Of a stretch of DNA of 64,000 bases, positions 15,622 through 29,900 are shown one piece after another. Numbering within the stretch: position 1 is the first letter of the stretch; each line of letters opens with the position of its first letter. The position numbers were made by a program, and so were the translations under genes. The stretch comes from Pelomyxa schiedti (taxonomy: Eukaryota; Protista; Evosea): contig JAHLWZ010000197.1 of NCBI GenBank assembly GCA_020536535.1, forward strand, positions 62,001-126,000. Reading direction: 5' to 3'. The notes below the pieces were generated by a model. That model searched no databases and had not been told where the DNA came from. It saw nothing but the letters and a program-made list of their open reading frames with translations.

Positions 15622-17874
15622 TCAAAGGAAGCCTCTCTTTCGTAGCAGGGCATCAACAGTTGGCTTGCCTCCAAGAAAGCTCTCTATTTGCTCATTTGGA
15701 TCCTTTGAATTACCCCACTGCAGCACACAGTCCTTCAACCTCCTTCCATTTTCCCTGGTCAGTCCACCATGAGCCAAAATCCACTCGGAGGCAGTTGCGT
15801 CCAGTACCTCTGCCCAGATATAGGAGTAGTATCTTCCGGAGTACTCTGTGAAGGAGTGGTTGAAGTAGCAAGAATGATATCGGGGAGGAACAAGCTCCAG
15901 AAGCAGTCCGGCATCCTTCAAAGCCTTGGTTTCAAAGGCGTTGACCTCTTCCGGTGTGTGCGGTAGTTGAGCAGGTGGTGTGGTGTGCCACGCAACATCA
16001 ACAACTGTAGCGGCGAGGTATGAGCATGTCAAGTAGCCTTGGTTGAAGCGCTTGCTCTCTATCACTTTATCAACAAGTCCTTGCGGAATTGGCTCATTTG
16101 TTTGGTGGTGCTTCGCCATGTTAGACAAAACTCTTGGGTGCAGAGTCCACATCTCGTTAAGTTGAGAGGGGAACTCAGCAAAGTCACACCCCACAGAAAT
16201 GCCGCTAATAGAAGGATAATCCACATTGGAGAGCATGCCATGCAAGCCATGGCCAAATTCGTGAAACATTGTATTTACCCAGTATAGAGAAACCAAAACG
16301 GGCTTCCCAGGAGGGGGCTTGGGAATGTTGCAGCAATTGTATACGATTGGTTTCGTTCGTAGTAACTGCAAAATAGAGGAAGAAGGCGCATGTCAAAATA
16401 TCGCACTTATTTAGTCAAGAGCTACCTTGCTTTGGGGAACTATGTTTTCCATCCAGGCACCACCAGACTTGTTATCCCGGGCAAAAGGGTCAAATAAAAA
16501 TAGGGCAATCGCCTCATTGTTATCCTCAAAGACTTCAAATACCTTTATGCAGGTTAAAAGAAACATCTACGGAGTGACATTCGTAACTTGAACGTCCGGA
16601 TGGTAAGTTGGCAAATCAGGACGCTTTCTGAATGTAAGACCATACAACTCATGTGCGACATAGAATAGACCGTTATGAAGGACACTCTCTAACTCAAAGT
16701 ATTGCGATAACACTTCATCACTGAACTGAAATTTTCTTTGCATGACCTTGTTGGAATAGTACTCCCAGTCAGATGCTGCAAGTGGGGTATTTGTGCCCTT
16801 GTCTGTGTCCAGTTCCGACTGATTTTCAATGGTTTCCCTTTGCATCTGTTTCAAGGCTGCGGGGATGACACGCGAAATGAGATCATTTACATTGTGCGAG
16901 TTGCTTGCCATCTCTAATTCTGTTTCATAGTCGGCCCAGGATTTGTATCCAAGCAATTCCGCCTTCTTGGCCCGCAACGAGGCAATTTTGATAATATCTT
17001 CACGGGTATCATTAGGTCCGCCTGAGCTGTTGCGCTGACGTGAAGCGGTCAGCACTCGCTCACGTACATCGTGACGACGAAGCTTAGTGAGAACTGGTTG
17101 GGGGGTGGTATTCACCAACTGTATGACATATTTTCCAGGAAAACCAGCAGAACGTGCTGCTTCCTGTGCGGACAGTATTTCTTCATCTGTAAAGCCCTCC
17201 AATTCAGTGACGTCATTGCAAACAACACCCCTAGCAACACGTTCGGCTCTCAACTTCTGGGGGAAAGACGATTCCAATGAGGCAAGGGCAGCATTGATCT
17301 CCCCGAGGATTCTTTTATTCTCAGCATCCAAAGCTGCACCTTCTCGCACAAATTCGGTGTGTACTCTGCGCAGCAATCTCGTCTGTGTGGCCGTCAAGCC
17401 TATCCCAACAGCAGTTGCGGCAGTGCCTTCAGGGATATGATGCCGAAAAACAGAGTCAACTCGTCTCCACAAGCCGTCGTTGAACTTGATAGAGTCGTTG
17501 TGTAAGGCTATACGTGGGGCAACTTGTCTGTCAACTTCCTCATATTCGGGTGTGGAGTTTGCGTCAGCGAGAACTCGCAAAACCAATTTTGCTCTTCGTA
17601 ACTTTGCCCTCCCGGAAGAACACTCCAGTGCCACGACTGTATTTTCGAAAGTAGGCGCGCTCGAACCTCTCACGATGGCATCAACATCAGCGCTCTCGGC
17701 CACCATCCCTGTGTGTTACGTAAGTTTAGGGCAGGTTAATACGCGTTCACAAACGAGCGATCTCTCTCTCCAACCTGCATCAATGGCACTCGTTACGTGA
17801 GCAGGCGTGATTTCACCAAATGGCGGTAGTCCATACGGCAGTTCCTCCGACAGCACCGGGTTCCTTGCAGCCAT
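15622..17874 (-). CDS. dcp: M3A metallopeptidase, peptidyl-dipeptidase Dcp-like (multi-exon)
   Basis: The start reads MAARNPVLSEELPYGLPPF. Motifs include PTFENTVVALE, YFELESVL, LPTYHPDV, DPFARDNKSGGAWM, the zinc motif FHEFGHGLHGMLS, DFAEFPSQLNEMW and YYSYIWAEVLDA. Confidence 0.92.
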
Positions 17875-17979
17875 TGTTTTTTACCACTTTTACGCTTTTT
17901 GATCTCAAGAACGGGAAATACTTAGTTTTTTATGATCTACAAACGGGAAATTTTTTTTTACTATTCACCAGTGCCATGC

Positions 17980-20900
17980 TCACATCCTCCTGTACACAGT
18001 AGGAAATTGTGCATTTGATGTTGTTGGATTTTGTGGTTGTTGATATCCACGTGGCTGCGGCACAAACTGTGGTTGTTGTTGGGTTGTTTGTTGTTGGTTC
18101 ATGGGGGAGTAATGGGGTGTACCATACGGCGTGTGTTGAACTTGTGTGGGTGGTTGGTAACGGTACCCTTGTTGATTGATGGTTCCTTGGGCGGGGTTCA
18201 TGGGCATTCCAGTAATAGTTCCTGGGTAACCACCGGAATTATTCATGTACATAGGTTGTGGAATTCCGGGAGGAGTTTGTGGTTGCTGCTGTAGCCGGTG
18301 CTGCTGTTGCAGTTGCTGCGCAGAGGAGGTCAGGCCTATTAGCTGCTGGCCCGGGGTGAGTTTGTTGGAGGTGTTTGGGTAGTTGGCAGGGGTGAAGCCA
18401 CTGTAGTTCTGGAACTGCTGTGGAGACATTGAGGGGACTACACCAGGGGTACCAGTTGGGTTGGACGAGCGAGAACCATCTGGTAGGGTTGCGTAGGTTG
18501 TGGCTTGGAGTGGTGGTTGCTGTTGTGGAAGTTGTTGCTGAAGAAGTTGTTGTTGAAGAAGTTGTTGTTGCTGTTGCTGTTGATACAGAATTTGCTCTTG
18601 CTGCTGCTGAAGCTGCGCTTGTAGTATCAGCTGGTCAAGTTCATCATTAATTGGTGTTAGGTCTCCTTCCATTGTACTTTTCTCTGTATCCATCTCCATT
18701 GCTGCACTCTGCTGGCTTGATGCAAAACTCTGGGCTGTCTCCAGTAAATTCTTTGCTTCCGCTAGGTACTCTTGTACTTGCTTCTCAAGCAGTATAAGTA
18801 CTGTGCGGTCACCCGAAGCAGCCAGCACGGCGTTAGTCATCTCTGAGCACTTATGGGAAGCCTCATTACGAATCTGATCCAACCGACATTTGTGCTCTTC
18901 CAGTGCTGTCTCGTCAATCATCTGCATTTGGCTGTCTGCCTCTTCAAGCTTGTATTGGAGTGCCTGCATCTTTTCTGTGAACAAGCTGTGGCGTTCTGGG
19001 AATCTCTCGAGGCTTGTAATTCGTTGCTGGAGATCTGAAAGCATCTTCGTCATTGCTTGGTAGTTATCCCTCATATTTCCTAGATACATGTGGTAGGCAC
19101 CCTCTTCTTGTTTGAAGTTCCCTGCAATTTCTTCCATTTCTTGAAGCATCGTTTGGGCACGGTTATTGACAGGGCTTGGAATAGGTGGTACTGGGTGTGG
19201 AGGTATAACGCCTGGTTTGTCAATTGGGAGTGGAGCGGGCCTAGGTGGACCGATATAATTCAACGCCCCGTCAGTAACAGAGGATTGCAAGGGCGGTTCT
19301 ACACGGGTTTTTTTTAATCCTTCATAGGCAGAAAAAAAGAATTACCAGGGAGCTCTATACCATGCCAAGTAATCTCTCCCGGAAGATTTTTCTCTTCTTC
19401 TTCTTCAACAGGTTTTGGTGGAGGAAGAACAGACACCTGCAAGTTGTCAACTGGCTCGTGATACTATATTGTCAATGAGTGAACATAAAAATACTATGCT
19501 GAATCATACTTCATTTGCTGGGACAGTTGAAGCGTGCTGTTGGAGACAACGTGAGCATGCGGAAAAACCGAGAAATATATTCAAAAAAAAAAGAGAGATA
19601 ATGAACCACTGACATTGGCAATGGCCACAAGCAGACTGCCACATAGAGTATGAAGTTGCCGCATTAAATAGCAATAATTTCCCACTCTCAAATTTCCAAT
19701 CAAGGATTCTATATCCTTTTGTGTCACATTGTCTGTAACCTATGGATGTTGGGTGAGGTGTTCCCAGCAAATCTGGGCAGGAATAAAACAACGAGGATAC
19801 ATACAACTGCTGAGTAATCACCAAAAAGAGATTTTAGTGCACCTTCCTGGTTTAAACCCAGTTTCTCAAGCTTCAAAAACCCAACAATAGCATTTGCTAC
19901 TGCATGGAAGCGCTTTTTTACCTCAATTGTTCCTTTCAGGATCTTTTTTTTTGAGAGAAAATTTAATGGAAGTGGTGAGTAAGGTATTCATTTTTTGTAG
20001 ATGGTGTTCCCATACCTCTTCCACTTTCTTTGAGAAATTGGACTGAACAGATTCAGGGGGAGCCATGTCATACTTGTCAGGCATCCCAGCAAATAACCAC
20101 TGCTTCGCTCGGTATTTGGTCAAAACGTTTATTACAACGACCCCAATGCACGCAAAACGCTGATTCTTGAGGGGTGCAAGGGCGTTTGGCATCACCTTGG
20201 AAGGTAACAAGTGCGTCCACACTGCACCAAGGTAGGACTCGGGCTGATTTTCTGAGGGTTGAGAACGTAAACCACGTTGTAGGTTTTCAAGAAGCTGTGT
20301 CAGGAGCTGCATTAATTCTCTGATGTGTTCTTCAGTCTCTCCTGGATTAAAGATCAATTTTATGCAGGGAAGTGCATGTGGAAAAACCTTTGAGAGCTCT
20401 TTCGAACTGAGCGTAGCAGTGACTCTGCAACGGTCGCTTGAATTCAGGTTGCAACCTGGTGTATGTCATTGCTCAGGATAGGAATAAAAAAAAAAGATTA
20501 GGAGGAAGTGTGTACCTATTTAACTGAAGTTGAAGAGAAAAATCGAGTTGATCCTGACCTTCAGTACGCTCAAGTTCTGGATGCTAGAAAAAAAAAAGGT
20601 ATTAAAACAAGATCTGATGTTGTGGGACTGGAACTTGATCAGCTGGGATATCAAGGATGTCAAGAGGAAACACTGTTCTCATGCTCTCCACATCGGTCAA
20701 CATAGCTTTGCCAGCCAAATAGCGCTCAATCACCTGTTTGTGGGGTGTCGGCAATCACACCGAAGGGAAACTTGCACACATGTCTCTGAAGTCTGTTGGC
20801 ATCAAAATGTAAGTTACATCTTTTTCCATTGGCTGGAATTTGGCAATGTGTCACAAGGGTTCTTTCAATATCCTGCACAGGACCTCCCGTGACCAAAATT

Positions 20901-23900
20901 TCTATCGTGTGAAGGCAAATGTTATGGAGGGTAAGTGAAAAAGAAAGCGAACGGAGATAAGTTGAGTTCGGAATGGCATCAACGTTGTAGGAGCTGGAGT
21001 GAGATGATTGTTCGAAAATGAATCCAAAAGGGTTGATTTCATCTGTGGGTATTCTTAGATAATGTGGAAAAAAAGAGAGATTCCCGCCTGTGTCAGACTC
21101 ATTTCGAAGTTGAATCAGTGAGTTTTGAATTTCAGTCATTGTTCTGATGACAGTGAAAAGAAGGTCTCCTTTGGTCACATCTTTCCAACTCACTAACTCA
21201 AAAAATGGAGTCTCGGGTCCAATCTCCGGTATTTTTATACTGTAATAAAAGGGGAGTTACACTGAGTGGGAAGGTAGGCACGGACACATACTTGAGTTTT
21301 ACATCATTGAATCCTGTCACAATGGCCTTCCAAGCATCCAGGAATTTCAGGTAGGCTGAAGAAATAGACTCTTTATTTGCTGGGGAGTTGCAACCAACCC
21401 ATTCAACACAGTCAGAAAAAGTGCCAACAATTCGATCTTCTGTTGGGAAAATGAGTGGAATATCCAGATGGAAGCACCGTAGAAAACCTTTCATCAGTGG
21501 TGCAAACACAGAATTCAGCAGCTGGTAAAAATGAACCAAAGTAGGCAAGTGTGAGAAAACTCTCAACACAGGGGCTTTTTGCAAGAACGTTGCAAGAAGC
21601 CCGGTGGATGAAAGTTTTTTGCTCTGGCTCTGGATGAGGTCATAGAATTCGCCACCACCTATGATACATGAAGGAAGAAGTGCCATAGCTTCGGTCCGCC
21701 TTGTTGTGACATTTTTGGTTCCAGGTTTACTGTACCGGAAGAGGATTCCATCAAAACATTAGCATGAAGGAATGTGAATTCGAATTACATGTCTTCAAGA
21801 CTCAAGAGTTGCAGCGCTTCATGGTCTTGAAGAAGTGCGGTGAAAATTTCTTCTGACGTGATCTGGCCAAGGAAGAAGTCTCTGGCATTTACAGCCAGTG
21901 TCGAGCCAGGTGAGAGAAGCTGAAAAGAAGGAACCTTAAAAATTGAACAAAAGAAAGTAAAAATACCTGTGAAACAGCTTGGACAATCTCTGGCTTGATT
22001 TTGCGTAGTTGTGCTGAGAGGCCTATCGGCCCACTTAGAGTGGAAGCAAGGAGGCCCAGAAGAGTGGTCCTGCTGGCCGCTTTCTTCACTTGAAGTAAAA
22101 CGTGTTCTCCTTCTGGGGAAAGATGTGAAACACAATCGTGAGTGCGTAACCGGAACTCTTGATTGTTGTACCTCTTGGGAATGATGTAAGGATCTTATAA
22201 GCATCCTCCAGTGTTTTGATTTCCAACGTTTTACACGATTGGTCCCCCCTTGATGGGCACATGAATTTAAGCAGAATGTGATATAAAAGAAATTCCAGAG
22301 GCAAGTGTGTAGTTGGAATTTGGGTGGGGGAAAGAAGGTCTGGTGAGTATTGGTAAGTTTCTGCAGAAAATGAAGGTTTTGTATCTGCTATTAACTGTTC
22401 AGGAAGTGGTGAAAGCAATGGATAAGTGGTGCATATAAAAGAGAGAGGTTAGCCAATTTGGAATGTCAAGAAGTCCATACATCAGAGGTGAGCTGAAGAA
22501 TTTCAGAAATCCAAGCACTCGGTTTTGGTTCAAGCCATGAAAAAAGAAAGTTGGCAACCCAACCAATGTTTTCAGTGATTTTTTTGCAATAGACCCTCCA
22601 AACAGGATTACTTACGAAGTCTTCATGTGAATCATTGCAAATCTGTGAGTAATATTAGGAAACCCTCATGCACAAAGAAAAACGTGGAAAAGACTGAAAC
22701 ACAAACGGAACTAACTTGGAGGAAAGAAGAGAAATTGGCCTTGGCGTCATCGGAAAGCATTGACTTTTCTGATTCCTGAAGCATGTAGTCAACAACACTG
22801 CACATTGATTGTATATCTTCGCCTGTGGACCTGGAGGGATCAGGAGGAAGAAGGTTGAGGGCAAGGAGCAGTCCAGCTTTCAACCGTGTGCTGGGGGTGT
22901 AAGGTGTTGACACAAACTGTCCCAGTATTTGGGGCAAGCCAGGGTTCTGGGTGAGGAAAGAGAAAGTGGGCTTTAAACCTGGTGCCCGGTAATTGGAGAG
23001 GAACACAAACACAACGTGCATCGCATCAAGCTTCAGAATTGCATCGGGACTGTTTGAGAGAAGGGTGGCCAACTCGGGCCTTGACTTCAAGGTGCTGAAG
23101 AAGTGGTGGTAAACTTGGCCCCAATTCACAGTGGCATTGGAATCGAGCTTTGGCCCTCCAGTGAGGATTTCCTTTGTTAACCGCTCCCACAGCAGATCAG
23201 TGGTGAGTGTTGTGACCCACTTCTCCATCTCTTGAAGTTGGTTTTTCTCAAACCTTGGTGGCCTTCTGCACCTGTCAAACTGCTCTGGTGTCAGGGCAGG
23301 GTTAAGAAGCTGCAAAGGAGTGACAAGCGCCTTGAAATAACTGATTTCAGGTTCATAGAACCTCTTGATCACAAACAATTCAGGGATGTCTTCCACAAGG
23401 CCTATCTTGAACGCTCGGAGAGAACTGAGAATCATTTCCATGAACCGGCCCAGCCTGCCCTCTAAATCATCAGTGTTGGTGGAGCCCAAAAGCTTTCTGA
23501 ACTCTGAGATATGGAGGGTGGAGAGCTTCAGTGACCTGGTCACAAAATCCCGTTTGAACATGTCGAACAAAGGTTGGTTCGTGATGCTCTCAAGAAGTTC
23601 GGCAAGGAGCTTGTTTGACTTGATTGACTCGAGCACTTTCCCATGCAAAATTTGGGGAGAGGCTTTTTGATGGCGCAGCTCTCTGGCTGCACGAATGACC
23701 TGGGTGTTGACAAGATGTGCAATTGCATCATAAAAAGGGAGCTCAGGTGGAAATGGATGTGTCCTCAAGACAGTGACAGTGGGGGTAGAATTCAGCTGCT
23801 TGGAATTGGTGAGCACCGATTTCCCGAGTTGAGGGATTGGAATGGTGCAGTAAACGCGGTGGACCAACTCCAACAGTTTACCTTTATGACGATTATTAAA

Positions 23901-26900
23901 CATGTTCAGCACAGAATTGAGTCCAAATGAGGAAAGCATCATCTGGAGCATTGAGCTCACCAGTGGAGCCATGAAGTTGTGAAGAGAAGAAGAAATTGCA
24001 GTAACAAAGCTCACCACACAAGACCCACGGAACAACTCCGTGCTCGCTTCACACACGAGTTTATTGAGGAATCCAGAAGTCCAGGAACGGCTGAACTGCT
24101 CGAGAATCCCTTCATACAGAACTGGGTTCTCTTCGAAAAGTTGTTTCAGGATCTGGAACCTTTCCTCACTTTTTGCTGCAATAAGATTTTGTGGGGAACC
24201 ATGTGTGTCCACGTTGTTCGGTTTCCCATAAAAGTCCTTTGCCTGCTCATTGTCAAGTGTGGAGGTTGTTGTGTTGAGCCCACTGCCAGTCATGAATTTG
24301 CAAAACTGCTGAAGGAGTTCGAAGAAGAAACCTCTGAATGTGTCCACTTCTTGGGTTGAGGAATCCCGTTTCATGCGGTCAGACTCACTGTCCCTCAGGT
24401 TCAACCCAAACGCTCTCGCAAGCCATGGGCGTGGGTCGACTTCAGTGTGTGGATTTGCTCCAGACGAACCAGCCACAACACCCAATGCATCCACATAAAG
24501 GAAGTCCCAACCCTTGAGGAAAATTGCTTGGTAAGCACTCCCAGCTCTCAGCCCAATTTCTGGTGAGAAGTGCAGCAGGAGAACAGCAACACGGTGGAGA
24601 TGTTGCTCACGTTGTTGCTGTTCCTCCATTACTTTCCACCTTTCATTGATCTCATTCCTCAGGAAGTTGATTTGATTTGGAGTTGCAACTGATAGGTCAG
24701 CAACACACAACAAAAGAAGTTTCTTGGGAGAACAACAAAAATCATGGACACGGGAAGAACATTGTTGACTTGATGACATCTCACCAAGGCTCAACACTTC
24801 CATCCAATCCTCGGGGTTCTGCTCTGCCCCTTGTGGAACAGAACCAGTTTGAACAAGCACGTCAAACATCTTCCTTTGGAGTTTTTTGTCTGTTGGAAGC
24901 TTGATGATTTCAGCACTGGTTCGTGTGAACACACACCATTTTGACGCGTATTCCCCTCTCTGGGGAACAACCACTGTTGTTCCTGTTAGTTCTATTCCCT
25001 CTCCAGTTTGATCACCCGTGGCACCCAAGAATTTTGACGGTGCATGAGGAGCAAAGGAAAAATGTGCTTGACAGAGGTATCCAAGGAAACGGTAAAACGA
25101 GAAATGCTCCTGCTCCAAAAGGTAATTGTGCTTGTACCTCACTGGGAGCTGCTTGCAAAAGTAAATCGACTCTGGTTTTGCAAGCTGAAGAAGGTGAAGG
25201 TTGGCTGAGATCATGTATTCCCGCATGTTCTGCTCCCAATGATCTCGTGCACCAAAAAGTTCAAGTGTTTCGGGTTGAGTGCCAAGCAATGGGGGGAAAA
25301 GAGGGACAAGGGAATTGGGGTCTTCCTCTTGAGCCCGAAGTTTGCTCATTTCAAGTGTTCGTTCCAACACAGTGAGAACAAGTGAACTCACAGTTTCTTT
25401 TGGAGTCACACCATAAAACAGTCGACTGTTGGCTGCAGTGGTGTGCAGCTCATGTACCATATTCTGCGCCCCATTGCACAAGACTTCATAAGGATGCAAA
25501 GGTACCCGGCTTGTAGGGGAGATGAGTTTGGTGAGAGGTATCATCTGAAGCCTCTCAAAGAGTGCATCATCAATTCCAAGGCAGTATTTCTCAAACCGGT
25601 TGAGCAGGGGAGTAGGAATTGTCTGAAGGGAGGATTTCGGCACATGAACGATGACACGGAAGTTGTCATGAACAAGGCACGGCTGTGAGAACGACCCAGC
25701 AGCGAGATTGGCGTAACAAAGCCTTGTGCTGGAGTTGGTTGGATCCTTTGCCATATCTTGCTTGTTCTTTGGCATGATCGTATAATGTCGGTTGAAAACA
25801 TCATAAAAAGAGCTGTGGATGCTGGCAGAGTTCACCAAGACAATAGTTTCCCCCTTTTCCATTGCCACTTTGACTTTTTCCACCACTGCTGCTTTCACTC
25901 TCTGGTCACTGTCGTCTCGAAAATCCCCAATATAGCACACACTGGTTTGGTTGCGATCGCACAGTCCCAAGTCAAAAAGCAAAGATACTGCAACTTCGTT
26001 TTCAGTTGGATCGAGCTGTGGAAAAGATCAGATACAATTTTACTGGTGTTTTTTTTTTTTCAACACACACCAGCATGATGTATCTGAACGGGGCAGTGTT
26101 TGGGTCATCAGCATCAGTGAGTCTCTCTGCCAGACTCTCCTTGATGGAGGCAATCTCCGTTCTTCGTTGCTCAGTTGCAGGTTCTGTCCATAGTGGCTGC
26201 CCATATTTCTTCAGTGCTTCATTGATGTTGTAAAAGAAGTTGGCAACAAGTTTGTCAAAATCACTCTGAACAAGTCCCCCAAAGTTTCGACGTAATCCAG
26301 CAAGAACCACATCCTGGGAAATGTGGAAAGCATCTCCTGCTCTGTTTCCTTCTGAACAGTGTTTTCCAAGATAACGGAGGAAATAGACGAAGTCTCTGAG
26401 GTGGAAGAACCTTGCTGGGTAAGGTGACCCATAAAATCTATTCACTTCTGCCTGATAGGCTGTGCAAAGTGCTCCAAGAATTTCTCTTGTTGCCCAAGCA
26501 ATACCGCTTGTCTCATTCCCATATATGCACCCTGAAATTCAGAGTTACAAGCAGTGGGTGGGTGAGAAACTATTTTCTCAAACCTTCAGCCAAAGTCTGC
26601 AAATCTGTAAGTGGTGGCTCACTCTGTAACAACATCAGTGTTCGATTGGTCTTGGCCTCATCAAGAATCCTGTTGGACAACAACACTGAAGAAACTTTGG
26701 GGTGATCCAGCTTGAAATGCAAAATCTAGCAAAAAGAGTCAAAGGAAAAGATTTTGTTATCCTGCTTTGGTAGTTCACACCTTCAATGGAGACTTCTCCT
26801 CGTTGGGAAGTCCAACTTCATCAAGAAGGACAGCACAACGTTCTCTGGAGTTGGGAGGGAACGTACCTTGCCTCTGAATTGCAGATTCATAAACAGACTT

Positions 26901-29900
26901 GATTTCTGTATCGGTGGACTGCTCACTGCACTGATACCGGAAAGGGAGCACATGGTGCAAAGCCCGATAAAACTCTTTTGGAGATGTCTGTCCCTTCATG
27001 TTGTCAACAGCAACCTTGAAACTGAGTGTCTTGGAGCAACCACTGGGTAAAGTTAGACAATCAACGGGGGGATGTGAGAGCGTACGGAGGACCAACAATC
27101 ACCAAAGGAATCTTGGCATCAAGGCACACAACAGTGCAAAACAGGTTTTCCATGAATGCGTTGGTCTTGGCAATTCCAGGTGGAAGATGGGTGTTGTTGC
27201 ACAACGAGTTGAGTACACCCTTGTTGAGGTAATCATCCCACATGTTGAGATATTCCGGGGCATTGTTGAAGTTGCTGTTGATGAACTTCAGAAGGGAATC
27301 CTGAAACTGATCCCTTGTCCAAGGTGTTTTGGCTTGGGTTGCTCGAAGTGGATTCTCTGAAGGCACCCTGCTCTGCTGCTCAATGAAGTCCCGTGATGGA
27401 AGTCGAAAGTAATATGTCATTGCGATCGAAATTGCCTTTTTTTGGGTCAAACCAAAGAAAGAGGGGAGGAAAAAAAAACTAGGCAACCATTGCTTGCCAA
27501 TGAACGTGAGTGCCGTAATTTGATTTCGAAGGATTTGGAAGATTGCACATGAACTGCTTGTGTTGGAGAAAGTAAATGTAAAGATCAATGGCTCGAACAA
27601 TGTCTCGGATGCTGGCAGCAACACGGTGGATGTTGGCTCTATTGACAAAGTCTTGACCAAACAAGACAAGTGATGTGAATTGATTCGCACAGGTTTCATC
27701 AACAGCCGCGTAATCCTTCAGGCGAGATGATATCAAGCCGCGGGTGAAACTCTCCTCTTGCTGTTTTGTCAACTTGCCAAAGTCGACAGTCATCTTCTCC
27801 ATTGAGAGAGGAGGTGGTCTCACTGCAAAGGATTTGCTACCAGACTTGTTGGGGACGCCAACAAAGTCAAACTGGTATTGCTGTGAAATTGAAGACCTTT
27901 CCACATCCAGGTTTTGCCTTGCACGGTTAGCCGCGGGTGGAGCGGCACTGTTCTCGTTCTTGTTGAGTGCGGCCACAAAGAAGATGTTCTTGGGAAGTGG
28001 TTCGCCATCCAACCTTGAGTCACACATCACCTCCTTCACCATTCCAAGCAAGCTGGTTGATGTGCACTCGTCAATGAAGCAGACGACCTTCGCATCTTTT
28101 GGAAATCTTGTTAGTGACTCCTGGATCTTATTTATCCTTGATCTGAATTCATCTGCAGAAATACGCTGGTGCATGCGAATCCGGTGAAAGACTGTCTCAA
28201 ATTTGGCATTTCTAAATGACTTCACCAAATCAGCAAGAGTATTTGGATCCCACGGTTCTCCAGGATTGTCTGGCTGTTTTTTTTATAAGGGAGAGGATTT
28301 AAATTAGTTTCTGTTTTGGGGTGTTATGTATGTTCTTTGTTGACGTAGACTTTTGTATTGCCACTTACTTGGGGAGTCTCAGTCATAACTCTTAGAAGAG
28401 TACCCTCCCGTACAATGTATTTGCGCTTCTCCAAATTTTTCTTCACGAATTGTATAATCCCGCCCGCGAGCTGGGGGAGAAGGTCATTGTGGGTGTTGAA
28501 CAGGTCAAGCACAAATCGCTGGAAGTAATCATTGTCATCCAACCACTCAAGGCAGGTTTTTGCAGCTGTGTGTTGGGGAGCCACTATTTTCAGAGGTGCT
28601 TGAGGGATATCAGTTCGTGGTCTTTTTGGGCGGTCGGCATCACATTGAGTCCAAATCGCTTCACACTGAGCCAGTAAGGCTGGGGGAACAGCTGGGATTC
28701 CACTGAGCATTTTCGAGAGAACAAACTTCTTCATCTTGAAAGCCAAGTCAGGCATCATCTTTGCTCTCGAATTGATGATGATGCTGAATACATTTAGGAG
28801 TTCTGTTTTTCCAGTTCCTGTGCCTCCACAAAGGGTGAGATTGTGTCCTGCATTCATGTGGTCATAAACAAGTAACATCTTCAGTGCAAAATCGGGTGTG
28901 AGGATGTACTTCTCCCTCTCAATTATTTCCAAAAGATTTTCCATTCCAAACGCCAATTGCAATTGTTGCCGAAGTAAACCAGGGTTCTTTGCCATTGCCA
29001 ATGTAAAAATCATGTCATTTGGAAGAGATAGGCCTGGGGGAGGACGTTCCATCAAGGCAAGTGCCGTTGGAAGTTGGAGTCCTGCTGCATCTTTTCTCCG
29101 GGCGTTTTCTCGGGCAATGTAAACTTGTTTCTCAGAATCGAGAGTGGGATTGCACAAAAGGAAGCTCTCTTCCACAAGCATCTGAAAGAGTTTGCTGATT
29201 AACACCATTCCTTTGAGGTTGTGGGCCTCCTCGGGATTATTCTGGAGTTCCAGTCGTTGGTGGGCATGAAATGAAAGCCACGTGCATCGATCTGCAAGAA
29301 GTGATACAAAGTGGTGCTGCATCATTCTATCTGACTGGAGGGAAACAGTGGAAACAGTTGCTGGTTTGAAGGAATGGAAAAAGTCCTCGAGCACAGTTGC
29401 CGCAGGCCCAAAGGAAGGAGGGTTTGCATCAAGTTCTTCCACAAGGCCAGATGGTTTGTCAAGAAGGTTCTTCGCCTTGGCTTGCAAGAACTTCGCGACA
29501 AGTAAGGCACTGTTATCCACAACAAAAGGGAGATCACACTGCTTCACAAAGGCTCCAAGGTGGCTCAGGATGGGAATATTCTCAAGAACAAGCTCGGTGC
29601 TCTCAAATCCAAAACCTTCCAAAGCATCAGAGGCTGGTGCAGCTGCCAGCTCAACAAACAAGTTCCACCTGAGGTTTTCCCGAGAAAGGGGCACCATCTC
29701 ACCTGTCTCAGCGTCCCACACAACACTCCACATGAGCATGTTGTAAAAGAAGGTGGAAACGACATTCATGTCGGCATAAGCACTGATGTCGAAGTGAACA
29801 TTGGCCACAAAGGGAGTCCCCTCAGCACCACTAACAACTTTCAACATAGGGGACAGTTTTGGGATCACATCAGACACAGAGAAGCACTCGGTCATGCTGA

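Noticed and set aside
19500-19790. Possible IBR/RBR (parkin-like) domain in the giant gene (CGHCQCQW...CSRCLQQH)
   Set aside because: I could not find splice sites that join the Cys residues into an IBR pattern, and an alternative splice removes most of them. It is kept only as an unassigned Cys cluster.
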